A stretch of 62,860 nt of DNA, filler included, from Globobulimina sp. (Eukaryota), in the NCBI GenBank assembly GCA_003354225.1. It is 52 parts of 52 records of this genome, joined end to end, with 100 filler letters (N's around TTAATTAATTAA, not from the genome) between each part and the next. Parts side by side here need not be neighbours in the genome. Positions count along the whole stretch, not along the records: positions 37,547 to 38,657 come from PIVH01023237.1; positions 38,758 to 39,868 come from PIVH01023238.1; positions 39,969 to 41,079 come from PIVH01023239.1; positions 41,180 to 42,290 come from PIVH01023240.1; positions 42,391 to 43,500 come from PIVH01023241.1; positions 43,601 to 44,710 come from PIVH01023242.1; positions 44,811 to 45,920 come from PIVH01023243.1; positions 46,021 to 47,130 come from PIVH01023244.1; 44 more parts are not named here. One strand, given 5' to 3'. The translations under genes were made by a program, and so were the position numbers. Of the stretch, positions 38,474-49,650 are shown in pieces (positions within the stretch are counted from its first letter, which is position 1; each line of letters begins with the position of its first letter). The notes beneath the pieces were generated by a model. The model was given only the letters and a program-made list of their open reading frames with translations, had not been told where the DNA came from and ran no database searches.

Positions 38474-38968
38474 TTGCTTTCAACATTTAATAATAGTATA
38501 AAGTGTAAAAAACTTTTTTTCAGTCAAACTACATCATGAACAAAATGGCTTTCACGAATAACTCGCTGCATGCTATGTTAGGTAAGAAAGACGCAGCTCT
38601 ACAAACTATAGAAAACCAGTATGAATCTGGGATTTTGAAATTATTACACCGCAAAATNNNNNNNNNNNNNNNNNNNNNNNNNNNNNNNNNNNNNNNNNNN
38701 NTTAATTAATTAANNNNNNNNNNNNNNNNNNNNNNNNNNNNNNNNNNNNNNNNNNNNAAAGTGCCTTTTCTTATTTGCAATGATGGTACGTTGGAAATTG
38801 ATATTTTTTTAAGAACAAACGATTTCATTGCAAACAAACCAGGAAGGCCTTTGCCGGAAGAAAATGATGAGGATTTAGTAGATATTGATTGATTTTTGAA
38901 TGCATAATGATTTATTTTAGATTTCATTTATTAAGTTTTTAATAAATAATATGTATAAAAAGCCTTGT

Positions 38969-39811
38969 TTATAGTTCCTTCTTTGACCTCCACAATGCTG
39001 GAAAGTATTTATTTGTGTTTTCTTTCCACTCTTGATATGCCTTCAAGTGACCATACTTTTTATCCCAAGCACGAGTCAACAATGGCACGCCCGAGACATT
39101 ATTTAGCAAAAATAATGTAAATAGCGGTGAGATTACAGTCCAATAATGTGCAGGTTTTAATATCGGTGATGCCATTAAAAATAAACTAAACCATACACCA
39201 ATTTCTCCGCTATAGTTCGGGAAACGCGAATATTTATACAACCCGACAGTGCAAAGTTTCCCTGCGTATGCTGGATTTTCTTTAAATACAAATTTTTGAA
39301 GATCAGCGGTGCTTTCATAGGTAAAAAAAAATAAGAATGCAGCAAATCCAAACCATGAAACATTGCTTATTTTAGCTAATGATTTTCCATATAAATTGGC
39401 CATGGTCACAGGTGATAGCACTAATATACCCCATAATGCTTGTAATGACCAAAGAAATGCTAATTTTAATATTTTAGATTGTAAACCATCTGTAAACCAT
39501 CCTTGTTGTGGTTTCTTTGGGTTTGGGAAAAATTGACGTAATCTATGATCTTCGCCGGCTTTGACAACTCTGACAAATAAAAATAAACTCAAACGCAGCG
39601 ACCATAAACACACGCAAAATGTTAATAATTTTTTGGTACTGCTGGTTTTTTCTGAATTATGTGCTTTATATAAGGCATAACAGGCAGCAACACCAAATGT
39701 GCCAACTCCAATTAAATCCGTAATCTTATGTCCATAAACATTATAATATTCCTCCCCCAATATCGTGACAAAAGATAAGCGAAAAATATCGTGAGGCGAT
39801 TGAACCAGCAT
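38969..39811 (-). CDS. DUF1295 / steroid 5-alpha-reductase-like membrane protein
   Basis: WSLRLSLFLF.R...GEDHR, ADLQKFVFK, GLYKYSRFPNYSGEI, SGVPLL; first ~25 codons uncertain. Confidence 0.88.
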   Translation of the reverse strand: MLVQSPHDIFRLSFVTILGEEYYNVYGHKITDLIGVGTFGVAACYALYKAHNSEKTSSTKKLLTFCVCLWSLRLSLFLFVRVVKAGEDHRLRQFFPNPKKPQQGWFTDGLQSKILKLAFLWSLQALWGILVLSPVTMANLYGKSLAKISNVSWFGFAAFLFFFTYESTADLQKFVFKENPAYAGKLCTVGLYKYSRFPNYSGEIGVWFSLFLMASPILKPAHYWTVISPLFTLFLLNNVSGVPLLTRAWDKKYGHLKAYQEWKENTNKYFPALWRSKKEL

Positions 39812-39968
39812 ATCCGCGCCGACCTCCTCCCCTTTAACTTTGTTAACTGTTTCAATTTTATTCTCATTNNNNNNNNNNNNNNNNNNNNNNNNNNNNNNNN
39901 NNNNNNNNNNNNTTAATTAATTAANNNNNNNNNNNNNNNNNNNNNNNNNNNNNNNNNNNNNNNNNNNN

Positions 39969-40075
39969 GCAGGTGTTGCTCTGTCGTCATTTCTTAAAGA
40001 TCCAAGTCTCCAAGCAAGCAATTGTGCTTTTGTAATTTCAGTTATCATTTCAGCTAATTTCTTTTGCGTAAGCTG
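39969..40075 (-). CDS. bacterial acyl-CoA (glutaryl-CoA) dehydrogenase fragment
   Basis: My translation QLTQKKLAEMITEITKAQLLAWRLGSLRNDDRATP; not in the supplied ORF track. Confidence 0.75.
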
Positions 40076-40282
40076 CAATCTGTCGAACGGAGACACGGTG
40101 GTGTTACGTCGTGGGCTGTTATGGAAGTTGGTCCGGGCGACATCGTCCTTACCTGGAATTGTCGTTCCGGTCGTTCAAGGGAAGCACTTGTTGGTGGATG
40201 GCGGGGTGGTTGACAACTTGCCCGGCGCAATCATGGATGAACTTAATCCCGGGCCTGTGTTAGTTGTCAATGTCAGTCCAGG
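40071..40282 (+). CDS. bacterial patatin-like phospholipase fragment
   Basis: CNLSNG...VRATSSLPGIVVPV...LLVDGGVVDNLP...VLVVNV; GC-rich. Confidence 0.85.
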
Positions 40283-40396
40283 TAAAAATTTCTTGGCTGC
40301 ATGATACAGTTTAGAAGGTCCACCAAAGGAAGCTCCTAAATTATCGCCTTTGCCATACCATATCTTGGACAGAACGGACCGCGTGTTGTCATCCAT
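40262..40396 (-). mobile_element. Polinton-type retroviral-like integrase N-terminus (truncated by chimeric junction)
   Basis: LSKIWY...GASFGGPSKLYHAAK matches the L..IYY...GSFGG..KLY..AK start of Polinton integrases; no DDE core present. Confidence 0.6.
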
Positions 40397-40467
40397 TATG
40401 AAACAATTAATTTATAACTGATAAGGGCAAGTATAAAAGCAGAAGGTTACTTTAACCCATTGGCATT

Positions 40468-40923
40468 ATGGCTATGTTACATCCATTTGTCAGTGAAGCT
40501 ATTTCTGAATTGGGACCGGATATATTTAAATGTATAGACAAAGATGGTCCCTTAGTACTTTATCACATATTTAATATTTATTATGGACTTGAAATCAAAA
40601 GAAAAATACAAGTTATGATGGCAGAACTATGCGAAGTAAACCCTTTTGGTTGTCATTGTGACATTTACAAATCAATAATCGATGCCTTTTACTGCTGGGG
40701 ATGGAAAGCCATGGAAGCTATAACGAATGATCCTGATTCTCAGGCAACAATAATGTTTTCAATGAAAGAACATTGTGAAGAAATAAAACTTCAAGATGCA
40801 AGTGTAGATTCTTTTTTATGTGATACAAAACCATTTTGTCCTGGTTTGGTTAAGGATGAATGGTTAAATGATTTGCTTTATGTGTTGGAAAATCATGTAA
40901 CTTGGATAACTCTAAAACATTGA
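40468..40923 (+). CDS. intronless hypothetical protein, possibly Polinton/viral accessory gene
   Basis: TATAAAA at ~40432; AATAAA overlapping the TGA stop; divergent from the integrase start. Confidence 0.55.
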   Translation: MAMLHPFVSEAISELGPDIFKCIDKDGPLVLYHIFNIYYGLEIKRKIQVMMAELCEVNPFGCHCDIYKSIIDAFYCWGWKAMEAITNDPDSQATIMFSMKEHCEEIKLQDASVDSFLCDTKPFCPGLVKDEWLNDLLYVLENHVTWITLKH

Positions 40924-42183
40924 ATAAATATTTAGTTTTATTGTTGAAAATAATTGTCTATCTTTCGATGACTTCGTCTTTTCCGGCAGGGTGTTTTTGT
41001 GTGAAATGATTATGTTAAAATAATGTGTGAGTGTATTAGTGTACATCGAAATTATCCGCTTATAAAAATAATCGTCTATNNNNNNNNNNNNNNNNNNNNN
41101 NNNNNNNNNNNNNNNNNNNNNNNTTAATTAATTAANNNNNNNNNNNNNNNNNNNNNNNNNNNNNNNNNNNNNNNNNNNNGAATTACGCCCTTCCGAACAT
41201 GACACCTAAAATGTCGATTTTTAACACGAGTTTTTTTTTCGTTCGGCGACCGTCCTCATTCAATAGAAAGTCAAAACTAAATATTAAGGGTACTATTCGA
41301 ACCGCAAATATCTGCTCTTTCGAATGGTATATGGTACGATGGGTTTCGGTTATCCTGCCGAGCTTGTAACCTTTAAATACGTACCCATAGTTACCGAAAT
41401 TTTCGACCACACCTAATTTGGGGCCCCGGAACCAGAAGACGAAAACTGAAATTGAATTTTTTTTTCGTCCCCTGAGATTCTCCACATCCAGGGCTGCAGT
41501 TTCCACTATTAAACGTGGCCGAAGGTTAAAATTTTACCTCATGTCCAGTTGAAAATACAAATTTTTCACTTTTGCCCATATTGAAAATTTCACATTTTCG
41601 ACTTGTTACACGTCATGTATGCGAAATAAAAGGTCGTTCGGGGTACCATTAGAACCCTCTCAATCTCCTCTTTCCAACGGTATATAATATTGCACGATTT
41701 ATTACAGTGGGCGCGCTGCGCGCCACAGAAAGCGCGACCATATACTCTATAACTGCGTAATGATTGTCTTTTACAGCTTTTGGTGGCTGACAAACAAGAA
41801 CTGAAGTAAGGTTTTCGAGTCCCACGACATTTTACGCATCAAAAGTTATCGTTTGATATATAAAACGTGTCATTGCCAAATTTTTGGTACCGATTTCGCT
41901 GAAACATTTAAAAAACGGGTTTTCGTGTTTTGATAAAAAGTGAAATCTGAGTATGCCATTTGATTTCCCTTGTCTTGAGAATCATTTTTGGTGTCCTGAA
42001 ATTTTTTCAAAAAATTCATCCCTGACTAGTTACGATCGATTTTCTAGGGTCGGGTAGAGGTAAAAATGGTCAAAAGGTGCAAAAAACGATTTTAAGAGGA
42101 TAACACTATTAAACAACGCTCCAAACGGTTCAAGATCAACGCATTTAAATGTAACTTTTCATTGCGCGTCGAATGGCGCAAAC

Positions 42184-42290
42184 CGCAGGTCTCTATGAAT
42201 CTCCGTTGCCGAGATATGGGGTCTCGAAACGAATGCCAGTTTCTGTTCGAGACCCCATATCTCGGCAACGGAGATTCATAGAGGCCTGCG
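42184..42290. repeat. 45-bp inverted repeat (1 mismatch, 17-nt loop) at contig end
   Basis: 42184-42228 vs reverse complement of 42246-42290. Confidence 0.9.
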
Positions 42291-42547
42291 NNNNNNNNNN
42301 NNNNNNNNNNNNNNNNNNNNNNNNNNNNNNNNNNTTAATTAATTAANNNNNNNNNNNNNNNNNNNNNNNNNNNNNNNNNNNNNNNNNNNNCGGGGTACGA
42401 GTTTTGAGCCTTGATATACTTTCTTTAGATGATCCTTGATCATATCATACCATTTATACTTCTCTACAATGGGAAGGCACCATCATAAGTACTTGATCAA
42501 AACTCAAGCATTCTGGAAAAACTTACTTAAAATAAGTAACATGGCTG

Positions 42548-42597
42548 GAGCCTACACAAGTTAAATAGTCATTGTGTCTGCTATTTAGTGACTATTT
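42548..42597 (+). repeat. interspersed repeat shared with 22681-22729
   Basis: gagcctacacaagttaaatagtca...ctatttagtgactattt. Confidence 0.8.
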
Positions 42598-43954
42598 ACT
42601 AGCTTTTAGTAATTGATATATTCATTGCTAGCAATACCCCTCATGTATCCAATAACAATATGTGATTGAGATGTTGCATAATTTGCAGTCTCATAATGAG
42701 TAATACTTGCCGCAAAACTACATTTATTGCGATCATAAACAACATTATCCTCCTGGGTAAAAAAGCAAACGCAGTGTAACGTAGTTGCTTTACTAGGAGT
42801 TTAGCACTGTTTATTTAACGACCATTTACCTCTTCCAATTGTTTTAGTTTTTAAATATGTAAAGGGTTTCATAAAAAAATCCATATGCCCATTTTCCAAA
42901 AGCAATATCATATTTAGATTGTTTGATGTGTTTGATGGGGATTCCCCCGAAAAAAAATGTCCTATGACCATCTCCTGTGTATTAAAACAATGCATTAAGC
43001 AATGTACAGAGGGAAATCAATTTATCAGAGAAACACGTAACTTTGTGATGCTTTGAACCATAAAATAAGGATGTCCTAATACCATTACATCCCTTTACAT
43101 TAGCTTTGGTTGATTGACTGTGTTGACCATGTTTGTGCCATGATTTCTTACTTGATTTGAGCTTATTTGTGTTTTCTGCTTGAAAAAAACAAACATTTAC
43201 ACATTCTGTGACCATGGATAGAGAAACAAAGTGCAAGGATACCTAAAAAAAATGCAGCACTTATGCGCAGATGATATAATTTTATTATTTTAAATAAAAT
43301 GTCCTTACAAAAACAAGTTCTCACACAACATATAAATGCAGCGCCATATCATACTCAACCAATAATTGTATTCCTTTTCCCTTTTATTACCAAATTTTTA
43401 TTCAACTTTTCACTTTCTTTATCCACCCATAACATTTAACTATATCCAACAAACAATACCCCAACACACATTAAATGTGCGAAAATGCGAAATGTTATTA
43501 NNNNNNNNNNNNNNNNNNNNNNNNNNNNNNNNNNNNNNNNNNNNTTAATTAATTAANNNNNNNNNNNNNNNNNNNNNNNNNNNNNNNNNNNNNNNNNNNN
43601 AGATTTGAGATGTATAAAACATATTGAATTGAAACATAGATTATATCCTGGATATGCTATCAAAAATGTACAAGGCAATCCATTTAATATTGTGAAAGCT
43701 GAGACTTATATTTTTAAACGAAATAATGACCTTAAAGATTTATAATATATTCTAGTACATTGGCCTTGTTTTTTCTTTTGTTTAGCATTTGTTGGGTATT
43801 TGTATTTATTTACTACCTGATGCGCTGTGCAGAACATTTTAAAAATTAAAGTTTTTTGATTGTGGTTATATTTGTGATAAGAAACCTTTTTAGCAGAACT
43901 CACTCGAAATGCTTGAATTTAATGTAACAAATTAACTAACAATATCATCAGCAT

Positions 43955-44710
43955 TCAGCAATCAGCGTTTGCAACAACAAAGCATGCAATTATGGTAATT
44001 GCAGCCAATGTTGCTGTGCTAACCCTTCTCAACCAGATCGGTACTTTTTTATTTTGATTTTGCAATAATTCTTGATTCCAATTACAATTTAATACACCAA
44101 TAACTATTAAAGAGCCTGAAATATATCCTCCAAAATGTGCACAATTGGCAATAGTTATTTTTTCATTGGTAATACCAATAAATGTCGCTATTATTTGTAG
44201 ACAAATGCTGCAGATTTCCATACAAATAAAAACGAAAATCAAAATGAATTTTCCGTCTTCAAATTTATTCCAATGAATAATTAAAAATGTTAACATTGCT
44301 GCTTGGACACCACAAATAGCACCGGAAGCACCAACACCACCAACCTCGAATTCTTGGATATAAACCAAATAACATACCTCACATAATCCAGAAATAATTC
44401 CGGTTACAATAAAAATTATCAAAAACCATAAATCTCCAATAATTAAATTTAAATGGTATCCTACAACAAACAAAGATGATACATTGACAGCAAAATGCAG
44501 TGCAGGTCCATGCAAAAATATATGTGTAATAAGTGTCCACACAAATCCATTTTTTAATGTTTTGACAGATAACCATCCAATTTTGTCCATTATTGGGCCA
44601 AATATTTTGTATTGCTCAGTTTCCTCAAGCTCTGCAAATCCATCCGGTAACAGTTTGTGTGTAACGATTGTTTGAATTAGCACACAAATTGAAATCAACA
44701 TAATAACTAT
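43955..44710 (-). CDS. rhomboid intramembrane serine protease (5'-partial)
   Basis: THIFLHG..LHFAVN, catalytic GASG, AHFGG...G. Confidence 0.92.
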   Translation of the reverse strand: MVIMLISICVLIQTIVTHKLLPDGFAELEETEQYKIFGPIMDKIGWLSVKTLKNGFVWTLITHIFLHGPALHFAVNVSSLFVVGYHLNLIIGDLWFLIIFIVTGIISGLCEVCYLVYIQEFEVGGVGASGAICGVQAAMLTFLIIHWNKFEDGKFILIFVFICMEICSICLQIIATFIGITNEKITIANCAHFGGYISGSLIVIGVLNCNWNQELLQNQNKKVPIWLRRVSTATLAAITIIACFVVANADC

Positions 44711-44934
44711 NNNNNNNNNNNNNNNNNNNNNNNNNNNNNNNNNNNNNNNNNNNNTTAATTAATTAANNNNNNNNNNNNNNNNNNNNNNNNNNNNNNNNNN
44801 NNNNNNNNNNGAAGAGCTCGAGAATAAGGATATTGAATTAGTGGATAATATTAATATTAATGTTTAGTTGCAATCATTTTTATTGTTTTTACGGTTTTCT
44901 TACTTGATACACATATATATACGGTATACATTAC

Positions 44935-45920
44935 AGGAGCGGTCATCATCAGAGCCAGAGGGCAATACAAATAATGTAAAAAAACATAATACGAATGATA
45001 TGGATGAGGATGAATTAGATTTGAAAATGGATGCAAATTCGGATGATTTTAATTTGAATTTATGCGATTCCTCACTGTCACCACCACCAACACCACCAAC
45101 ACCACAACCAGCAAAATCTGATTCTGATGATGGTGAAATATATAATATGCATCAAGACGAGGAAGAAGGTGATGATGATTCTGATGACGACTCTGGCGAT
45201 GATGAAGAGAATGATTCTGATTCAGAATACAAAGAGGAGATAGTTTTTAAAGCAAAATGGAAAATTACGCGATATCGTCCAAAGAAACAGTTAGCAAAAA
45301 GAAAGAAACCAAGAAAACAATTATCGAAAATACAATCAAAACAAGAACGAACTGATGACGATGATTCTGACTCTGATTATTCTCCTCGACGACCTTCTGT
45401 ATGTCTTTTGTATTGCGTTTATTTGATTGAATATAAAAATATATATTACTCAGATGAAAGCTGAAGCAGATTCAGATTCTGATAATGAGAGCAAAACTAA
45501 ACAGGATATTCCACCCATTATACGAAGGGATTTGGTGACGAAACAGATTCCAACCTGGAAAACTAAAACATTCCATACATTTAAATTTAAATATAATATC
45601 CGACTCAAACCCTTTCCAAAGAACGCGAAGAGGCCGCCTTGGTTCAAGCCAAAAGTTGAGCCAATTCGCAAAGTTGAACAATTAAAAGTATTCCATCGGC
45701 AATTCACCCTTGGTTTTGAAGGCTTAGTATGCAAAGCACAGTATAACTCCATCAAACATGCTGTCATTACGGATAAGGTCGCATTAAAAACATTGTACCG
45801 CACCGCCTTCCACGAACAGCAAAAAAAAATCACAAAACCAAAAAACAAAAAAACCAAACCACAAAGGAAAAAAGAACGAAAAGATTATACCGTCCAGCCA
45901 GAAATTAGAAAAACCAAAGA
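44935..45920 (+). CDS. acidic/basic low-complexity nuclear-type protein, multi-exon, partial
   Basis: D/E tracts and K-rich segments; GT-AG intron ~45399-45453. Confidence 0.5.
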
Positions 45921-46057
45921 NNNNNNNNNNNNNNNNNNNNNNNNNNNNNNNNNNNNNNNNNNNNTTAATTAATTAANNNNNNNNNNNNNNNNNNNNNNNN
46001 NNNNNNNNNNNNNNNNNNNNACAGAAATATAAAATATAATAACAGTACAGTGACATT

Positions 46058-47101
46058 TTAAACGTCTGCCCATTGTGGCTCTGTTTCTAACATCACCTCA
46101 AAGCCATCAAATCCAGAAACTGTATACGTATATCCATATTTATCTTGTACATTTAACTGTTTTTTACCTGAATTCACATGTTTAATATGAGTGAAATGCT
46201 TATTTTTTGTGGATCTCATAATCAATGCACTGAATGTAATGCACGCGATAAATATACAAAAGGATAAACTCCATTCAATTACAATTTCAATATTCTGTTC
46301 TATGATAAAATTATTCTGCAAATCATCGTTAAAGAAAATAATATCTGCAGAAAATGCAGAAGAACCTGCAAACACTAAAAAACCGCCAATGATAAATAAG
46401 ACAGATAACATGCGTAAGAAATGGATGTGTTTACTGTTTACTGTTTCGTAAATAACTGCGCCTAAACAGTGAAAATCAAAGTATTTAATTATATAGAAAA
46501 CAGAAACGATATTTATGTACAAACCAGAGGAGAGCGTGGTGATTAAGACCCAGCCACTTTGCATTAAGCCAATTTGCATTTGTGTAGGTGCTATGGCTGA
46601 ATATTTATAATACACAGACCAAAAATATATCATTCCCGACGATGTAATGATAAAAATAACTGCTGCCATTGTTAAGATTGTTTTACACAAATAAAAGTCC
46701 AATAAATTGATAATAGCTAAAATTATTGTATTGGAGGAGAGGAAAAATGCGCAAGATGTGTATAATATGGTATATAACAATGCGTTTTCTTCATTGTTTG
46801 CATGGCGTTGTAAGGATTCAATTGCAGTCAATGTGATGTATAATAGACCACCGATTGTCATTAATATTGAGATTAATATACGCAAAGTTGTATGCTTGCT
46901 ATTTAGTATCGAATCAGATATAATTAGTAATACTGTACTGATGATGATTAATAATGAAGATGTAATGTATAAATTATTTATATTAAATCGTGGCTCGAGG
47001 TATGTATGATTTATGTAGAAATAGTCACATATTAAGTAGCACACTGAATAAACTAACAACGATAATGCGATGCCAAATCGATGTTGTCGCTTCCATAACA
47101 T
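46058..47101 (-). CDS. polytopic membrane protein, unknown function
   Basis: About 8 hydrophobic helices. Confidence 0.6.
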   Translation of the reverse strand: MLWKRQHRFGIALSLLVYSVCYLICDYFYINHTYLEPRFNINNLYITSSLLIIISTVLLIISDSILNSKHTTLRILISILMTIGGLLYITLTAIESLQRHANNEENALLYTILYTSCAFFLSSNTIILAIINLLDFYLCKTILTMAAVIFIITSSGMIYFWSVYYKYSAIAPTQMQIGLMQSGWVLITTLSSGLYINIVSVFYIIKYFDFHCLGAVIYETVNSKHIHFLRMLSVLFIIGGFLVFAGSSAFSADIIFFNDDLQNNFIIEQNIEIVIEWSLSFCIFIACITFSALIMRSTKNKHFTHIKHVNSGKKQLNVQDKYGYTYTVSGFDGFEVMLETEPQWADV

Positions 47102-47309
47102 GTCTGAGTATAAATCTAATTGACTATGGCNNNNNNNNNNNNNNNNNNNNNNNNNNNNNNNNNNNNNNNNNNNNTTAATTAATTAANNNNNNNNNNNNNN
47201 NNNNNNNNNNNNNNNNNNNNNNNNNNNNNNTATTTGTATCCAATATCGATCAAATAAATCATAAACATATTAACATAACACACAAATGTTGCAGCGTTTT
47301 TAATTCACT

Positions 47310-48340
47310 CATCGAAACAGGTAAAGTGCCGGAAAATTTATTATCATGCAATCTAAGAGTATGGATTTTAGATAATTCTCCAATTGAGTCAGGAATGGAG
47401 CCTCGAAGTTCGTTGCCGCCAATATCTCTTTCATGTATATATTATTATTTATTAAAGCATAATTATAAAACAAAATATATACAGAAAACATACAAAAATT
47501 CCATCAAAGGATAACTCCAAATGGATTCAGGTACGGAGCCTTCCAATTCATTGTTTGCCAGTCGCCTTTGCATATTATATTATTTTTTTATCAAATTAAT
47601 TAAATGTAAATGTCACTCAACAGTATTTGTATCTGCTTTAAATTGTTCATCGATCTCGGAATTGTGCTTGAAAGTTTATTATCACTCAATTCTCTGTTTC
47701 CAATTTAATAAATTCAATAAATATACAAAAGAAATATATAAACTCAACAGTATCTGCAGATTTGTGAGAATGTCTCCCATTGAAAATGGCAAAAAACCTT
47801 TTAAATTGTTGCCAATTAAATGTCTACATAAAACATGTTGTGCCTTGTAGTAAACTCGACGAATTTTAGTGTATACGTAGAAACTTAACATTCTCTCAAC
47901 TAACCCATCAGAGCAGAATACCCCATATTGCCCACAAATATATTTATCTGTCATATCCCAAGACTTTGCCCAAAATGCACCATTTGTTGCGTGAAAAAAA
48001 TGTCTCAAAATTTTTGCATTTTCTAAATAATGATATCATGCAACACAATCAGCTGAAAAAGAAATATATATAATTATAACTTTGTATTTGTGGTGTGTTG
48101 AAATGTATGCTTGAATTTGTAATAATTGATGGTCCCGCACCGACTGCACTTTCTGCCCAAACTTCAAACTTATATTCCTGAAACAATGTGATTCCCGATA
48201 TTTCATATTGAAAATACTGCTGTTCAGCATTGCCATTATTTAGCAGATTCACATTAATTTTTTTATATGGTTCGAGTACAACATTTCGTGTTTGAATCCG
48301 TACAACATTTTCATCACGAAATTGTTTCAACTCTTCCTTC
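47310..48340 (-). CDS. FN3 + LRRNT + plant-type LRR receptor-like protein, multi-exon fragment
   Basis: FN3 YKFEVWAESAVGAGP; LRRNT FFHATNG..W...W...C...GVFC; LRR exons LIGNNLKGFLP, LANNELEGSVP, LGGNELRGSIP, LHDNKFSGTLP. Confidence 0.75.
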
Positions 48341-48651
48341 NNNNNNNNNNNNNNNNNNNNNNNNNNNNNNNNNNNNNNNNNNNNTTAATTAATTAANNNN
48401 NNNNNNNNNNNNNNNNNNNNNNNNNNNNNNNNNNNNNNNNAATACGTTGATATAATTCAGTATTTATTCGTTTAGTCTGTTAAATATTGATTGTAGACGG
48501 ATAAAATCAACTGAATTATCGATTTTACTTTCTTTTCACTTAAATGCACTAACTCTAATCATTACTTTTAATCCGAAGAAAGGTTTTGAAGATGGCTAGC
48601 GCTTGGACGCATCCTTTGCTTTTTAGTGGTAGAAAACTTTATCTTTTTAAC

Positions 48652-49550
48652 ATGTCTGCATCAATACTGTTAATACTTGTTATTTTGTGCATAACATGTT
48701 CTCAAAGTCATCCAACAGATTATTATTGGATTACTAGCTATAACTACTCTTATTTTAATGGTTGGTACCAATTCGTACGATATTATGACTTTCCGGCAGA
48801 TATTCTTCGCAAATTCAAACCTATCCACGAACTTTACAAACTTACCCTATACACGAATTATTATTTTGTGATCTGTCCTAACCAATGGTTACTGTGCAGC
48901 TCTTATTTGAATGTGTTTCACCACGGCGACTATTCTGATGTGGATTATTTGGGTGGCCGTCCCACTGTAAATACGACATCAATACACGCTGAGTACGTTC
49001 AAATAATATCTGAAGATTTTATGGCAGCGGCTTTTTCATTGTATGGAAAGGTTATTGAATCGAGAAAAAAGTCGCGTGTCCAATGTGATGTGGAAAACTT
49101 GTTACAACAACGATCACAATTTGAGGATGATTTGCATTTTTCATATTCGAATATGTTTGACATGAATCATATGATAAGGAATTTGACGGAGATGAATGGT
49201 GAATTATCGATGCATAATGACGCAGCCAAACAGCATTTAGTTATTTCTATTGTAATCATTGTGGGACTCTGTATTGTTTGTATTACAGTGTCAATTTTAT
49301 GGTATGTAAATGTGAGAAATTCAAAGATTTATCGGCTAAAACAAATGCATAGATATGTGAATCAAAGGAAACCAATACAAAGCATAGCACAACAGAACGA
49401 TATGAAGCAAGCAATAAAAGAGGAAGGAAGTACGGTGAATAAAAACAAAGCTGTTAGTTATTGGGAACCTGAAAAATTCAAAGATATTTTGGACAATGGA
49501 CAAGGAGTTGGCAATGTTATTTTGAGTGATATCGTTGATGAGATGCAAAC
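48652..49550 (+). CDS. single-pass type I membrane protein
   Basis: Signal peptide MSASILLILVILC, one TM helix, cytosolic tail. Confidence 0.55.
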
Positions 49551-49650
49551 NNNNNNNNNNNNNNNNNNNNNNNNNNNNNNNNNNNNNNNNNNNNTTAATT
49601 AATTAANNNNNNNNNNNNNNNNNNNNNNNNNNNNNNNNNNNNNNNNNNNN

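Noticed and set aside
48036-48038. In-frame TGA (selenocysteine/readthrough) between FN3 and LRRNT exons
   Set aside because: A ~58-nt intron (gttata...ttatttag) removes it and preserves the frame.
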